A DNA stretch of 60,948 nucleotides, taken from an uncultured Loktanella sp. (lineage in GTDB: Bacteria; Pseudomonadota; Alphaproteobacteria; Rhodobacterales; Rhodobacteraceae). Shown here piece by piece: positions 9,259-18,993 of this stretch (positions are counted from its first letter, which is position 1; the number at the start of each line of letters is the position of its first letter). The stretch is taken from positions 1 through 60,948 of the forward strand of contig CAYZKE010000001.1 of the NCBI GenBank assembly GCA_964478505.1, written 5' to 3'. A program made the position numbers and the translations under genes. Below the pieces are notes generated by a model. That model made no database searches. It was not told where the DNA came from and saw nothing but the letters and a program-made list of their open reading frames with translations.

Positions 9259-9716
9259 TGGATAAATCTGCGTTGTTTATTGTCACCTTCTTTGTGGTCG
9301 GTGGCGCTGGACTTGTTTGGCAGCAGATGCAGCCAGCACCGCCAGTGAATGGCCATTCCATGACGCCTGCCAATCTGTCTGGTCTGGAAGTCGGTGATCC
9401 GATTGTTGAAGTGAATATGCCGTCGGAGCTTTCTGCAAATGCTCAATTCGGTGAGCAAGTGTTTAACGTTGCCTGCGCCGAATGCCACAGTACGAATGCA
9501 GCAGGACAAAATGGGATCGCACCGCCATTGGTTCATATCACCTATGAACCCGGGCATCATGGCGACGCTTCATTTCTCCTCGCGGTCAGGAATGGGGTGA
9601 GAGCGCATCATTGGAGGTTCGGCAACATGCCCCCCGTTGAAGGTCTGACCGACGGCGATGTGAAGATGGTTGTCGCCTACATCCGCGAGCTCCAAAGAGC
9701 TAACGGCATATTTTAG
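9258..9716 (+). CDS. Membrane-anchored monoheme cytochrome c
   Basis: CAECH; YEPGHHGD, HHWRFGNMP. Confidence 0.9.
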   Translation: MDKSALFIVTFFVVGGAGLVWQQMQPAPPVNGHSMTPANLSGLEVGDPIVEVNMPSELSANAQFGEQVFNVACAECHSTNAAGQNGIAPPLVHITYEPGHHGDASFLLAVRNGVRAHHWRFGNMPPVEGLTDGDVKMVVAYIRELQRANGIF

Positions 9717-9729
9717 AAGGGATACGAGA

Positions 9730-10311
9730 ATGCGCGCTGGACTGGTAATTCTGACGACAGCAAGCATCATCGCGGCAACGGCAGCTTTGGCGCACAAAGG
9801 TGCAACTGGCGTGGTGCTGGAACGCATGCAAGGCATGACCGCTTTAGGTGATGTCGTTAAAGAGCTGACCCCAATGATGCGTGGCCGGACACCTTTTGAT
9901 GCAGATCAGGTGCGCGCCGGTGCAGATGTGATGGTCACACATGCGGGCCAACAAATGACCAGCCTGTTTCCAGAAGGTTCGATTCAACCAGTCTCAAAAG
10001 TGTTGCCATCTGTTTGGGAAGACTGGGACGAGTTCGTAGAGCTGGCCGAACAGTTGGAGTTGCGTGCAGAAGGTCTGAAGTTGAGTGCCGATGTTGGTTT
10101 GGCTGCGAGCCAAGCTGATCAAGCGGCTTCAATGATGGGTGGCGGCATGATGGGATCCGATCAGGCGCCCGCAATGGGCGGTGGTATGAGTGGCCCAGGC
10201 GACATGATGACAGTCGATATGTTCGCGACCATGCCAACAGACACAGCATTTGCTGCAGTTGCGCAAACATGTTCTGCGTGTCACCAAAAATTCCGCGCCG
10301 AGGACGACTAG
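9730..10311 (+). CDS. Cytochrome c'-like (class II) with Met/Gly-rich insertion
   Basis: C-terminal CSACH, VWEDWDEF, signal peptide. Confidence 0.88.
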   Translation: MRAGLVILTTASIIAATAALAHKGATGVVLERMQGMTALGDVVKELTPMMRGRTPFDADQVRAGADVMVTHAGQQMTSLFPEGSIQPVSKVLPSVWEDWDEFVELAEQLELRAEGLKLSADVGLAASQADQAASMMGGGMMGSDQAPAMGGGMSGPGDMMTVDMFATMPTDTAFAAVAQTCSACHQKFRAEDD

Positions 10312-10314
10312 GCC

Positions 10315-11205
10315 GTGGGCATTTTTCGTTGGGTTGTCGGGGCAGGTTTGCTTGCAGTCGTCGGAACAGTGGCTGCTACGATCGTTTGGCCGATTGGCAA
10401 GGAAGTTGAAGAGATTGCATTGGTCGGCGATGTGAATAAGGGTGCCTACCTCGCACGCGCGAGCGGATGTATCGCGTGCCATACGAATGCGGAAGAGGGC
10501 GGTGCACCTCTCGCAGGAGGAGCACCTCTCAAAACAGACTTCGGCACGTTCTATCCGCCGAATTTGACCACCGATCCTGACTACGGGATGGGAAGTTGGT
10601 CAGCCGAAGATTTTGCGCGTGCTGTCCGGCAGGGCATCTCACCCGACGGCGAACCTTACTATCCGACCTTCACCTATCCCTTTTATGCGAACTTCTCGGA
10701 TCAGGATATCGCCGATCTTTGGGCTGCATTTCAGACAGTGCCACCGGTCGGCGAGGCAGCACCGGAGCACCAAGTCACCTTTCCGTTTGATCAAAGATGG
10801 GGTCTGAAGCTTTGGCGGGCAGCCTTTTTGCCAGAACCAAATACCGCCCCTGAGCCAGGCAGGAGCGAGGCATGGAACCGCGGCAAAGAGCTCGTGAACG
10901 GGGCGACCCATTGTGCAGCCTGCCATACACCAAGGAATGTTGTAGGCGCACGGGTTATAACCGAGCGTCTTTCAGGCAACGCCGATCTGCCCGTCGGTGG
11001 AAAGGCGCCTTCGATACTTTCAAGTGACCTTTTGGCGGAAGGGTGGACCGCAGACGACCTCGCCTATGCACTGCGCTCAGGCATTACCCCGTCGGGTGAT
11101 GTCTTTGGCGGATCTATGGCAGAGGTAGTTCAATTTGGCACAAGGTTCTTAACCGATGATGATTTGGACGCGATGGCGACCTACATCATGGATAACGAGA
11201 TTTAG
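10315..11205 (+). CDS. Diheme cytochrome c
   Basis: CIACH and CAACH; FGTFYPPNLT. Confidence 0.92.
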   Translation: MGIFRWVVGAGLLAVVGTVAATIVWPIGKEVEEIALVGDVNKGAYLARASGCIACHTNAEEGGAPLAGGAPLKTDFGTFYPPNLTTDPDYGMGSWSAEDFARAVRQGISPDGEPYYPTFTYPFYANFSDQDIADLWAAFQTVPPVGEAAPEHQVTFPFDQRWGLKLWRAAFLPEPNTAPEPGRSEAWNRGKELVNGATHCAACHTPRNVVGARVITERLSGNADLPVGGKAPSILSSDLLAEGWTADDLAYALRSGITPSGDVFGGSMAEVVQFGTRFLTDDDLDAMATYIMDNEI

Positions 11206-11220
11206 GAAGGTTCTTCACTT

Positions 11221-12609
11221 ATGCGCAGCCTTAACCGCCGCCAGTTCATAGCGTCAGCAACTGCACTCGCAACCCTCCCCAGTTCACGTGCATTTGCCGA
11301 CGCAAACGCTGACCTCTTGTCTGCACAAGAGGTCAGCGTCCAACTTTTGCCGGATAACTATGGTCGGACGACACTTTGGGGTTTTAACGGGAATGCGCCA
11401 GGTGCCGAGATACGGGTCGCGCAGGGCGCGCGGGTCAAACGCATGCTCCGAAATACTCTGTCACAACCAACGTCGGTCCATTGGCACGGAATCCGCATTG
11501 ACAATGCGATGGATGGTGTCTCGGGCCTCACCCAAAACGCCGTTCTGCCCGGCGCAGAATTCGACTACGACTTTGTCGCGCCTGATGCAGGCACGTACTG
11601 GTATCACGCTCACAACATGTCCACGCAGCAGGTCGCGCGTGGTCTATACGGCCCACTCATTGTCGAAGAGGCCGATAGAATCGACATCGACCGCGAAGAG
11701 GTTTTGGTCTTGGATGACTGGCTGGTCAATCCCGATACCGCCCAGCTGGACGATGATTTTGAAGCGTCGCATGCCCTCAGCCATGCAGGTAGAATTGGTA
11801 ACTTCATCACCACCAATGCGACGTACAATCTGGTCCTCAATACACGTAAGAATGAGCGTCTGCGTCTGCGCTTGATCAATGCATCGAACGCTCGGATCTT
11901 CCCGCTGCAACTGCAGGGTCTCGATGGATGGACGGTTGCTTTGGACGGTATGCCTTTGGCGGTCCCACAGAAAGTGACGGAAGCGCTAGTTTTGGGGCCT
12001 GCCCAGCGAGTTGACCTGATCATCGATGTGATTGCGGACTCAGGCGAGACGGCGCATCTTGTCCACCTCGGGCAACAAGAAGCATTCAGTCAGGTTGCGT
12101 TTGAAGTCGGCACTGGTGGAGCGACCACCAGACGGGCGGCGCCTGATGCGCTGCCGCCGAATAATTACACGCCTGTAGATCTTGGAAAGGCGACCGCACT
12201 GACCTTGAACATGGAAGGCGGTGCCATGGGCGGATTGCGGACCGCCACACTGGGTGGCGAAGAAAAATCGATGCGCGAGATTGTCGATGCTGGTCGGTTT
12301 TGGGCGTTTAATGGCGCCGCCGACGGAATGGATGGTCCACCTCTCGCGCGGGTAAGTATTGGCGAGCATGTTCGTGTGGCAATTCGCAACGACACTGCGT
12401 TTCCGCATGCGATGCACTTGCACGGCATGCATTTTCACGAAGTCGCCGAGGATGGTTCTCTCGGATCACTCCGCGATACGACACTTCTTGAAAGAAACAC
12501 CTCGCGCGAGATTGCATTTGTCGCGGATAATCCCGGAGAGTGGTTGCTGCACTGCCATATGCTGTCCCATGCCGCATCAGGGATGATGACACGGATTGTG
12601 GTGGCATGA
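11221..12609 (+). CDS. Multicopper oxidase, Tat-exported
   Basis: HWHG, WYHAH, HAMHLHG, HCHMLSH..GM. Confidence 0.96.
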   Translation: MRSLNRRQFIASATALATLPSSRAFADANADLLSAQEVSVQLLPDNYGRTTLWGFNGNAPGAEIRVAQGARVKRMLRNTLSQPTSVHWHGIRIDNAMDGVSGLTQNAVLPGAEFDYDFVAPDAGTYWYHAHNMSTQQVARGLYGPLIVEEADRIDIDREEVLVLDDWLVNPDTAQLDDDFEASHALSHAGRIGNFITTNATYNLVLNTRKNERLRLRLINASNARIFPLQLQGLDGWTVALDGMPLAVPQKVTEALVLGPAQRVDLIIDVIADSGETAHLVHLGQQEAFSQVAFEVGTGGATTRRAAPDALPPNNYTPVDLGKATALTLNMEGGAMGGLRTATLGGEEKSMREIVDAGRFWAFNGAADGMDGPPLARVSIGEHVRVAIRNDTAFPHAMHLHGMHFHEVAEDGSLGSLRDTTLLERNTSREIAFVADNPGEWLLHCHMLSHAASGMMTRIVVA

Positions 12610-13097
12610 CACGCCGCACGCTGCTTTTCGGGTTTGGCTTTCTGGCCTTGGCGGCCGGAGGGGCTGTTGTTCTGGCGCAGTCAGAAGAAGAGGTTGCCCT
12701 GGCTCCATCGGATTTCCCAGTCGATATTGTAGCGGGGGCAGAGCTCTATGGACAGTATTGCGCGTCCTGCCATGGTGCAAATCTCGAAGGTCAAGAGAAC
12801 TGGCGCAGTCCCGGAGCGGACGGACGCCTGCCAGCCCCGCCACATGATGAAACGGGTCACACATGGCATCATGCCGACAGCCTACTATTCACCTATACCA
12901 AACTTGGCGGCCGAGAGACTTTGGCTGCACAGGGCATGGATTTTGACAGTGGGATGCCCGGGTTTGGTGAACAACTCAGCGACGAAGAGATCTGGAATAT
13001 CCTTTCCTACATAAAATCCACATGGCCCGAGCGCGTGCGTGCTGCTCAGGCTGAGCGCACGGCCGCTGACATAGCGGTGCAAGGAGATGAGCGATGA
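12606..13097 (+). CDS. Monoheme cytochrome c
   Basis: CASCH; PPHDETGHTWHH; GMP axial Met. Confidence 0.9.
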   Translation: MTRRTLLFGFGFLALAAGGAVVLAQSEEEVALAPSDFPVDIVAGAELYGQYCASCHGANLEGQENWRSPGADGRLPAPPHDETGHTWHHADSLLFTYTKLGGRETLAAQGMDFDSGMPGFGEQLSDEEIWNILSYIKSTWPERVRAAQAERTAADIAVQGDER

Positions 13098-13813
13098 AGA
13101 AACTACTGATCAGTACAGCCATGTTGGTGATCCCGTTCATGGCGGTCGCCGATGAACTGACCGAAGACAGGATAAAAGAGCTCGTGCTGGAAGCAATTCG
13201 CGAAAATCCGGGAATTGTCTTTGAGGCCGCGCAACTCTTTGAAGAACAACAGCAGGCTAGCCAAGCGCTGGTCGCCGCTCAGGTTCTGGCAACAGAAAGA
13301 GACGCGCTGGAGCGTGATCCAAATGCGCCTGTACTCGGGAACCCTGAGGGCGATGTCACTGTTGTGGAATTCTTTGACTACAACTGCCCGTACTGTCGGC
13401 GAGTAAAGCCGCATATGGAGGCCTTACTTGCGGCAGACCCGAATGTGCGCGTGGTTTATCGTGAGTGGCCAATTCTGGGCGAAGGCTCCGTGTTTGCGGC
13501 CCGCGCCGCTTTGGCATCGCGCAATCAAGGCAAGTATGATGAGTTTCACTGGGCGATGATGGGGCTTAATGGTCGCGCGGAGGAAGCAACCGTGATCCGT
13601 GCCGCTGAGGAAATTGGCCTTAACATTGCGCAGTTGCGTCGGGATATGAACGCACCAGAGATTGACGAACATATTCAAACGTCGATGCGTTTGAGCCGTG
13701 CCATTGGATTTAGCGGAACGCCCTCGTTTGTGATTGGCGACAGTCTGGCACCAGGCCTGATTGACGCTGACCAAATGATCAGCATGGTCAATCAAGCCCG
13801 CGCCAATAACTAA
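13094..13813 (+). CDS. DsbA/ScsC-like thiol:disulfide oxidoreductase
   Basis: EFFDYNCPYC, GTP cis-Pro loop. Confidence 0.93.
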   Translation: MKKLLISTAMLVIPFMAVADELTEDRIKELVLEAIRENPGIVFEAAQLFEEQQQASQALVAAQVLATERDALERDPNAPVLGNPEGDVTVVEFFDYNCPYCRRVKPHMEALLAADPNVRVVYREWPILGEGSVFAARAALASRNQGKYDEFHWAMMGLNGRAEEATVIRAAEEIGLNIAQLRRDMNAPEIDEHIQTSMRLSRAIGFSGTPSFVIGDSLAPGLIDADQMISMVNQARANN

Positions 13814-14016
13814 GCGGCAGAGGCTTCGTAGCCTGCATCGACAATCGCTTTTTGGACGTCAGTTTTTGCAAGGTCGCTCTGAACAGTGACCAAGCGCAAA
13901 TCTAAATCAGTTGTGATAACTGCCGTAGGGTCTTTGGCTTTGATGCCTTTTTCAATGGCCGAGGTGCAGTGGCCGCAGCTCATCTTGGGTACGCGGAAAA
14001 TCATGTCGCTCTCCAT
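13810..14016 (-). CDS. copZ: Copper chaperone (HMA domain)
   Basis: MSCGHC, DAGY; divergent from copA. Confidence 0.9.
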   Translation of the reverse strand: MESDMIFRVPKMSCGHCTSAIEKGIKAKDPTAVITTDLDLRLVTVQSDLAKTDVQKAIVDAGYEASAA

Positions 14017-14031
14017 TCATGTGTTTTGCTC

Positions 14032-14062
14032 AAGATGCGGCTTCCAGTTGGTGGAGAGTCAA
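14032..14062 (-). promoter_or_regulatory. CueR promoter of copZ
   Basis: TTGACT-CTCC-N7-GGAAGCCG (19 bp)-CATCTT. Confidence 0.85.
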
Positions 14063-14101
14063 TCCGATAATTATTAAATTTGAAAAAATCCAACTTAGGC
14101 C

Positions 14102-14132
14102 TTGAGCTTCCAGTTGCTGGAAGCCCTATCTC
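14102..14132 (+). promoter_or_regulatory. CueR promoter of copA
   Basis: TTGAGC-TTCC-N7-GGAAGCCC (19 bp)-TATCTC. Confidence 0.9.
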
Positions 14133-14157
14133 TATCGCAAGAGCTTAGAGGAGCCGC

Positions 14158-16671
14158 ATGATGACCGAACAAAGAACCCTGAATTTATCCATCGAAGGCA
14201 TGAGTTGTGCATCCTGTGTTGGCAGGGTCGAGCAGGGGTTAAACGGTGTCGATGGCGTGACCAACGCAACCGTTAATCTTGCGACGGAGGCGGCGACGGT
14301 GACGGTTTCTGGGCCGGACGGCCTGAAATCCGCCGTCAATGCTTTGACCGACCTTGGATATCCCGCCCGCACATCGCGTATCACATTGAACATCGCGTCA
14401 ATGACATGCGCGTCCTGTGTTGGACGTGTCGAGAAAGCCTTCCTGACGGCACCCGGCGTGCTTGAGGCGTCGGTCAACCTCGCCGCAGAAAATGCAACTA
14501 TTGTGTATGTCACCGGGGCGACGACTGCTGAACACCTTGTCGCTATCAGCAGCGACGCTGGCTACCCGGCCGAAGTCGCGCAAGCAGACGCGCAGGCCTC
14601 GCGTTCAGAGCGCAAAGCCGATGAAGCAAAGGCCCTCCTGAATTGCGTTGTTTTCGCAGCCATCCTTACTGTGCCCGTGTTTGTTCTGGAAATGGGTGCG
14701 CATACAATCCCCGGCTTTCACCTTCTGATCGAACGTACCATCGGCATTCAAACATCTTGGCTCATTCAGTTTGTTCTTGCGACGATTGTTCTCTTTGGCC
14801 CGGGGTGGGGGTTCTTCGCCAAGGGTATCCCCGCTCTGCTGAGACGTACGCCCGATATGAACAGCCTCGTGGCTCTGGGTACAGGTGCAGCATGGAGCTA
14901 TTCGGTTGTCGCAACATTCCTGCCGCAGGTGCTGCCGGATGGTGTCCGTGCGGTCTACTTTGAAGCAGCAGCTGTTATTGTTGTGCTTATTTTGCTTGGG
15001 CGGTGGCTCGAGGCACGTGCCAAAGGAAGAACCGGCGCTGCGATTCAAGCGCTCTTGGGATTGCAAGCAAAGACAGCCCGCGTTTTGCGTGATGGTGAAA
15101 CCGTCGAGGTCGACATCGACAGGCTTGCAATAGGCGATCTCGTCCTTGTGCGCCCCGGTGAACGGATTCCGGTTGATGGCGCCGTCACTGAAGGCAGCAG
15201 CAATGTTGACGAAAGCATGATCACCGGCGAACCGCTTGCCGTGCCAAAAAGCGCTGATGATTTCGTCACTGGCGGAACTGTAAATGGCACTGGCAGCCTG
15301 ACCTTCGCAGCCACACGGGTTGGTGCAGATACGACCCTCGCACAGATCATTCGCATGGTCGAAGAGGCGCAGGGTGCAAAGCTGCCCATCCAAGGTTTGG
15401 TGGACCGCGTCACCATGTGGTTTGTGCCCGCTGTTCTGGTACTTGCACTGCTGACCGTTATTGTTTGGCTTTTGATCGGTCCTGATCCCTCCCTGACCTT
15501 TGCGTTGGTTGCAGGCGTATCAGTCCTGATTATCGCGTGCCCCTGCGCAATGGGCTTGGCAACGCCCACCTCAATCATGGTCGGCACCGGACGGGCTGCC
15601 GAAATGGGTGTATTGTTCCGTAAAGGTGATGCGCTGCAGCATCTCAATGAAGTTGAAATCATCGCGCTGGACAAGACCGGCACTGTGACTGAAGGCCAAC
15701 CAACACTCACAGACTTGATCACCGCACAAGGCTTTGAACGCTCCGAAACCTTCGCCCTAATAGCTGCTGTTGAAGCGCAGTCAGAACATCCTGTTGCCGA
15801 GGCCATCGTGCGCTCGGCCGTTGAGGAAGGTCTGGATTTCCCCACTGCGACAGATTTCCAATCCGTGACCGGCTACGGCGTCGAGGCTATGGTCGACGGT
15901 CAAAAAGTACTGGTCGGTGCAGACCGATTTATGGCGCAGCAAAACATCGACACCAAAGCGCTTGAGGCTGACGAACGCTCACTGGCGGAGCAGGGGAGGA
16001 CAGCACTCTACGCGGCGATCAACGGATCTCTGGCTGCTGTGATCGCTGTTGCTGACCCTGTCAAAGCGTCCAGTGCCAGCGTCATCGAAGCTTTGCACGC
16101 CCGCGGGCTTAAGGTCGCGATGATTACTGGGGACAAGCAGGAGACTGCTGATGCCATAGGTCGTGAGGTTGGGATCGACGAGGTGATTGCTGGCGTATTA
16201 CCTGATGGAAAGGTGAAGGCTCTTGAAAGACTAAGGCAAGGCGGACGCAAGATCGCCTTTGTCGGCGATGGCATTAATGATGCGCCTGCACTTGCACACG
16301 CCGATGTTGGGATTGCTATTGGTACAGGAACTGATGTCGCCATCGAGAGCGCAGACGTCGTGTTGATGTCCGGCGACCTGCGCGGTGTTGTGAATGCGGC
16401 AGAGGTGTCACAGGCGACAATGCGCAACATCCACCAGAACCTTATCTGGGCATTTGGATATAACGTTGCTTTAATCCCGGTTGCTGCAGGTGCGCTTTAC
16501 CCAGCCTTCGGATTGCTTCTTTCGCCGGTTTTTGCGGCAGGGGCGATGGCACTTTCATCGGTCTCGGTTCTAACCAACGCTCTGCGTTTGCGGCGCATCA
16601 CGCCGAAGATGCCCGAGGCAGCGCCACACAAGGCGGCATCACCTGAATTAATAACGCAACCCGCAGAATAG
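14158..16671 (+). CDS. copA: Cu(I)-translocating P1B-1 ATPase
   Basis: Two MxCASC HMA domains, CPC, DKTGT, YN, MALSS. Confidence 0.97.
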   Translation: MMTEQRTLNLSIEGMSCASCVGRVEQGLNGVDGVTNATVNLATEAATVTVSGPDGLKSAVNALTDLGYPARTSRITLNIASMTCASCVGRVEKAFLTAPGVLEASVNLAAENATIVYVTGATTAEHLVAISSDAGYPAEVAQADAQASRSERKADEAKALLNCVVFAAILTVPVFVLEMGAHTIPGFHLLIERTIGIQTSWLIQFVLATIVLFGPGWGFFAKGIPALLRRTPDMNSLVALGTGAAWSYSVVATFLPQVLPDGVRAVYFEAAAVIVVLILLGRWLEARAKGRTGAAIQALLGLQAKTARVLRDGETVEVDIDRLAIGDLVLVRPGERIPVDGAVTEGSSNVDESMITGEPLAVPKSADDFVTGGTVNGTGSLTFAATRVGADTTLAQIIRMVEEAQGAKLPIQGLVDRVTMWFVPAVLVLALLTVIVWLLIGPDPSLTFALVAGVSVLIIACPCAMGLATPTSIMVGTGRAAEMGVLFRKGDALQHLNEVEIIALDKTGTVTEGQPTLTDLITAQGFERSETFALIAAVEAQSEHPVAEAIVRSAVEEGLDFPTATDFQSVTGYGVEAMVDGQKVLVGADRFMAQQNIDTKALEADERSLAEQGRTALYAAINGSLAAVIAVADPVKASSASVIEALHARGLKVAMITGDKQETADAIGREVGIDEVIAGVLPDGKVKALERLRQGGRKIAFVGDGINDAPALAHADVGIAIGTGTDVAIESADVVLMSGDLRGVVNAAEVSQATMRNIHQNLIWAFGYNVALIPVAAGALYPAFGLLLSPVFAAGAMALSSVSVLTNALRLRRITPKMPEAAPHKAASPELITQPAE

Positions 16672-16680
16672 GAGTTCATT

Positions 16681-17070
16681 ATGAATATCGGAGAAGTATC
16701 TGAACGCTCGGGATTACCGCCAAAGACGATCCGTTATTACGAAGACATTAATCTCGTCCGCCCGCTGCGCAGTGACAATGGGTACCGCAGTTTCCGTGAA
16801 AGCGACATCCACAAGCTCGCATTCTTGGGGCGTGCGCGAGCCTTAGGATTTTCCATCGAAGACTGCCGCACCTTGATGGGTCTATACGAAGACGAGACCC
16901 GTGAGAGCGCTCAGGTGAAAGCTGTGGCCAAAGAACATTTGGCCGAGATCGACAACAAGATCACTCAGCTGAAGTCGATGCGCGAAACCCTGTCGCATCT
17001 TGTGGAGGCCTGTCAAGGCGACCACCGTCCGGATTGTCCCATACTGAAAGATTTGTCACAGGGCATATGA
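16681..17070 (+). CDS. cueR: Cu(I)-responsive MerR regulator
   Basis: MerR HTH; SAQVK; CQGDHRPDCP loop. Confidence 0.95.
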   Translation: MNIGEVSERSGLPPKTIRYYEDINLVRPLRSDNGYRSFRESDIHKLAFLGRARALGFSIEDCRTLMGLYEDETRESAQVKAVAKEHLAEIDNKITQLKSMRETLSHLVEACQGDHRPDCPILKDLSQGI

Positions 17071-17107
17071 CCTCATCGTCAAATAGATGTCGATTTTTCC
17101 GGTTTCA

Positions 17108-17138
17108 TGGAACCCTCCAGCACTGGAGAGTTGTTCTA
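17108..17138 (+). promoter_or_regulatory. CueR-like operator (variant)
   Basis: TGGAAC-CCTCCAGCACTGGAGAGTT dyad; weak -10. Confidence 0.55.
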
Positions 17139-17166
17139 GGTTCATCAACAGGCGGAGGAGGGAAAC

Positions 17167-18066
17167 ATGCCAATAGAGGCAAAATTTGACAGCCAATCTT
17201 CAACTGACGGACCGCTCGTACATTGCCTATACGACGTAGCGACCGGGTCTTGGCAGTATGTTTGTGTGGACCAGGACTTTAAATCCTGTGCGATTATCGA
17301 CCCTATTCTAGACTTCGATCCAGCCTCAGCAAGAACATCAACCGAAAGCGCAGAGGTCATTCTGCGCCTTGTTGAAAGTGAAGGATACAAAGTCGACTGG
17401 ATACTCGACACACATCCTCACGCAGACCATCTGACCGCTGGCCATTGGCTGGCACAACGTACCGGGGCCCCACACGGGATTGGGCAGAAGGTTAGAGACA
17501 TCGCGATCCTTTGGAGAGACTATTATAATCAGCCTCAATCATTCGTGCCCGACAATTGTTTTGATAGGCTTTTTACAGATGGCGATAGTCTTCAAATCGG
17601 GCGTTTTGAAACTTCTGTCATGTTAAGCCCGGGGCACACGCTTGGGTCCGTATCCTATGTCACCGGCGATGCAATTTTCGCGCATGACACTTTGATGCAT
17701 GTCGATGTCGGAACAGCCCGTGCAGATTTCCCCGGCGGTAGTTCACTTGACCTGTGGAATTCAATTCAGGCAATTCTCGCTCTTCCAGATGAATCTCGGG
17801 TGTTTGTCGGTCATGACTACGGAACAGAGAGCCGGACCGAACCGGCGTGTGTAGCAACTGTTGCGGAGCACCGAAAAAATAATCCTCATGTTGGCGGTAC
17901 ACAAACACGGTCATCGTTCATAGACCTTCGTGACAAGCGAGATGATACCCTGGGTCTTCCAGACCGCATGCTTTATGCACTCCAGGTCAACCTGAGGGGT
18001 GGCCGTCTGCCTGAGCCAGAGGATGATGGCCACTCTTATTTCAAAATTCCTGCAAACAAATTCTGA
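17167..18066 (+). CDS. MBL-fold persulfide dioxygenase (Blh/ETHE1-like)
   Basis: LDTHPHADH, PGHT, GTARADFPGG, GHDY. Confidence 0.9.
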   Translation: MPIEAKFDSQSSTDGPLVHCLYDVATGSWQYVCVDQDFKSCAIIDPILDFDPASARTSTESAEVILRLVESEGYKVDWILDTHPHADHLTAGHWLAQRTGAPHGIGQKVRDIAILWRDYYNQPQSFVPDNCFDRLFTDGDSLQIGRFETSVMLSPGHTLGSVSYVTGDAIFAHDTLMHVDVGTARADFPGGSSLDLWNSIQAILALPDESRVFVGHDYGTESRTEPACVATVAEHRKNNPHVGGTQTRSSFIDLRDKRDDTLGLPDRMLYALQVNLRGGRLPEPEDDGHSYFKIPANKF

Positions 18067-18075
18067 GGTGAAATC

Positions 18076-18456
18076 ATGGACACAGAAAACATTGATAACG
18101 GCGAACTGCAAACCTGGACAACAGATGAAGTTGCTGATGCGATAGCGAACGAAAAGATCGTCCTGATCGATGTTCGTACTCCCGCCGAATACGCGTTCGA
18201 ACATGTGGAAGGGGCTATGCTTTTGCCAATGGCATTTTTTGATCCCAAGTTTCTTCCGGGCGAAGAAGGAAAAACAGTCGTGTTGATGTGTGGCTCATCA
18301 GCGAGATCAGGCAAAATGGCCCGCAAAGCTCTGATGTCCGGCCGAGAGCGTATCGCACATTTGGATGGTGGCTTCGTTGCTTGGAAGAAAGCGGGCCAAC
18401 CATACATTACGACTGACATGGCAAGCGGCGCCCCTGTTCGAAAGGCGCCTGACTGA
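18076..18456 (+). CDS. Single-domain rhodanese
   Basis: LIDVRTPAEY..H..GA, CGSSARS, LDGGFVAW. Confidence 0.92.
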   Translation: MDTENIDNGELQTWTTDEVADAIANEKIVLIDVRTPAEYAFEHVEGAMLLPMAFFDPKFLPGEEGKTVVLMCGSSARSGKMARKALMSGRERIAHLDGGFVAWKKAGQPYITTDMASGAPVRKAPD

Positions 18457-18502
18457 TGGCTTCGCACTGAAACCCACTAACATTTTCTAGAAGGGTGCGA
18501 TT

Positions 18503-18925
18503 ATGCTCCTTGCTATCACCCTTGGTGTCGCTTGCTTCACTGTAAGCGGTGCAATTCACTTTCTTGCGTTGAACAAAGCCGCTCAAATCACGGGCAATCT
18601 TAATAGCTCGAATTCGTTGCAGATGCTCGTAGCCGTACACATTGCAGCCGCAGCGCACGTGCTAGAAGCAGGCGTTTACGGGTTGGCCTATATGATGGGC
18701 TTGAGGTTCGGTATTGGGGAATTTCAGTCAGATACGGCTTTGTCTGCTATGGATGTTCTACATTTTTCTTTGATTACGTACACCTCGTTGGGGCTCGGAG
18801 ATGTGGTACCAACCAATCATCTGCGCTTCATTTCCGGCCTTGAAGCATTGAACGGCTTTCTGCTGATAAGTTGTTCGGCATCCTTTATCTTCATTCAAAT
18901 GTCGCGATCACGCAAAAAATCTTGA
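18503..18925 (+). CDS. Small two-TM/pore ion channel protein
   Basis: FSLITYTSLGLGD pore motif. Confidence 0.85.
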   Translation: MLLAITLGVACFTVSGAIHFLALNKAAQITGNLNSSNSLQMLVAVHIAAAAHVLEAGVYGLAYMMGLRFGIGEFQSDTALSAMDVLHFSLITYTSLGLGDVVPTNHLRFISGLEALNGFLLISCSASFIFIQMSRSRKKS

Positions 18926-18932
18926 AATCTGT

Positions 18933-18963
18933 TGGAACCCTCCGGCGCGGGAAGGTTGTTTTT
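18933..18963 (+). promoter_or_regulatory. CueR-like operator (variant)
   Basis: TGGAAC-CCTCCGGCGCGGGAAGGTT. Confidence 0.6.
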
Positions 18964-18993
18964 CTATCACACTATGCTGGATGGAGACAATAA

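Noticed and set aside
14605-16430. Long antisense ORFs within copA
   Set aside because: Typical shadow frames of a GC-biased gene; same applies to those within zntA and copA2
17167-18066. MBL-fold gene as a beta-lactamase
   Set aside because: Motifs and rhodanese neighbour fit persulfide dioxygenase; no signal peptide
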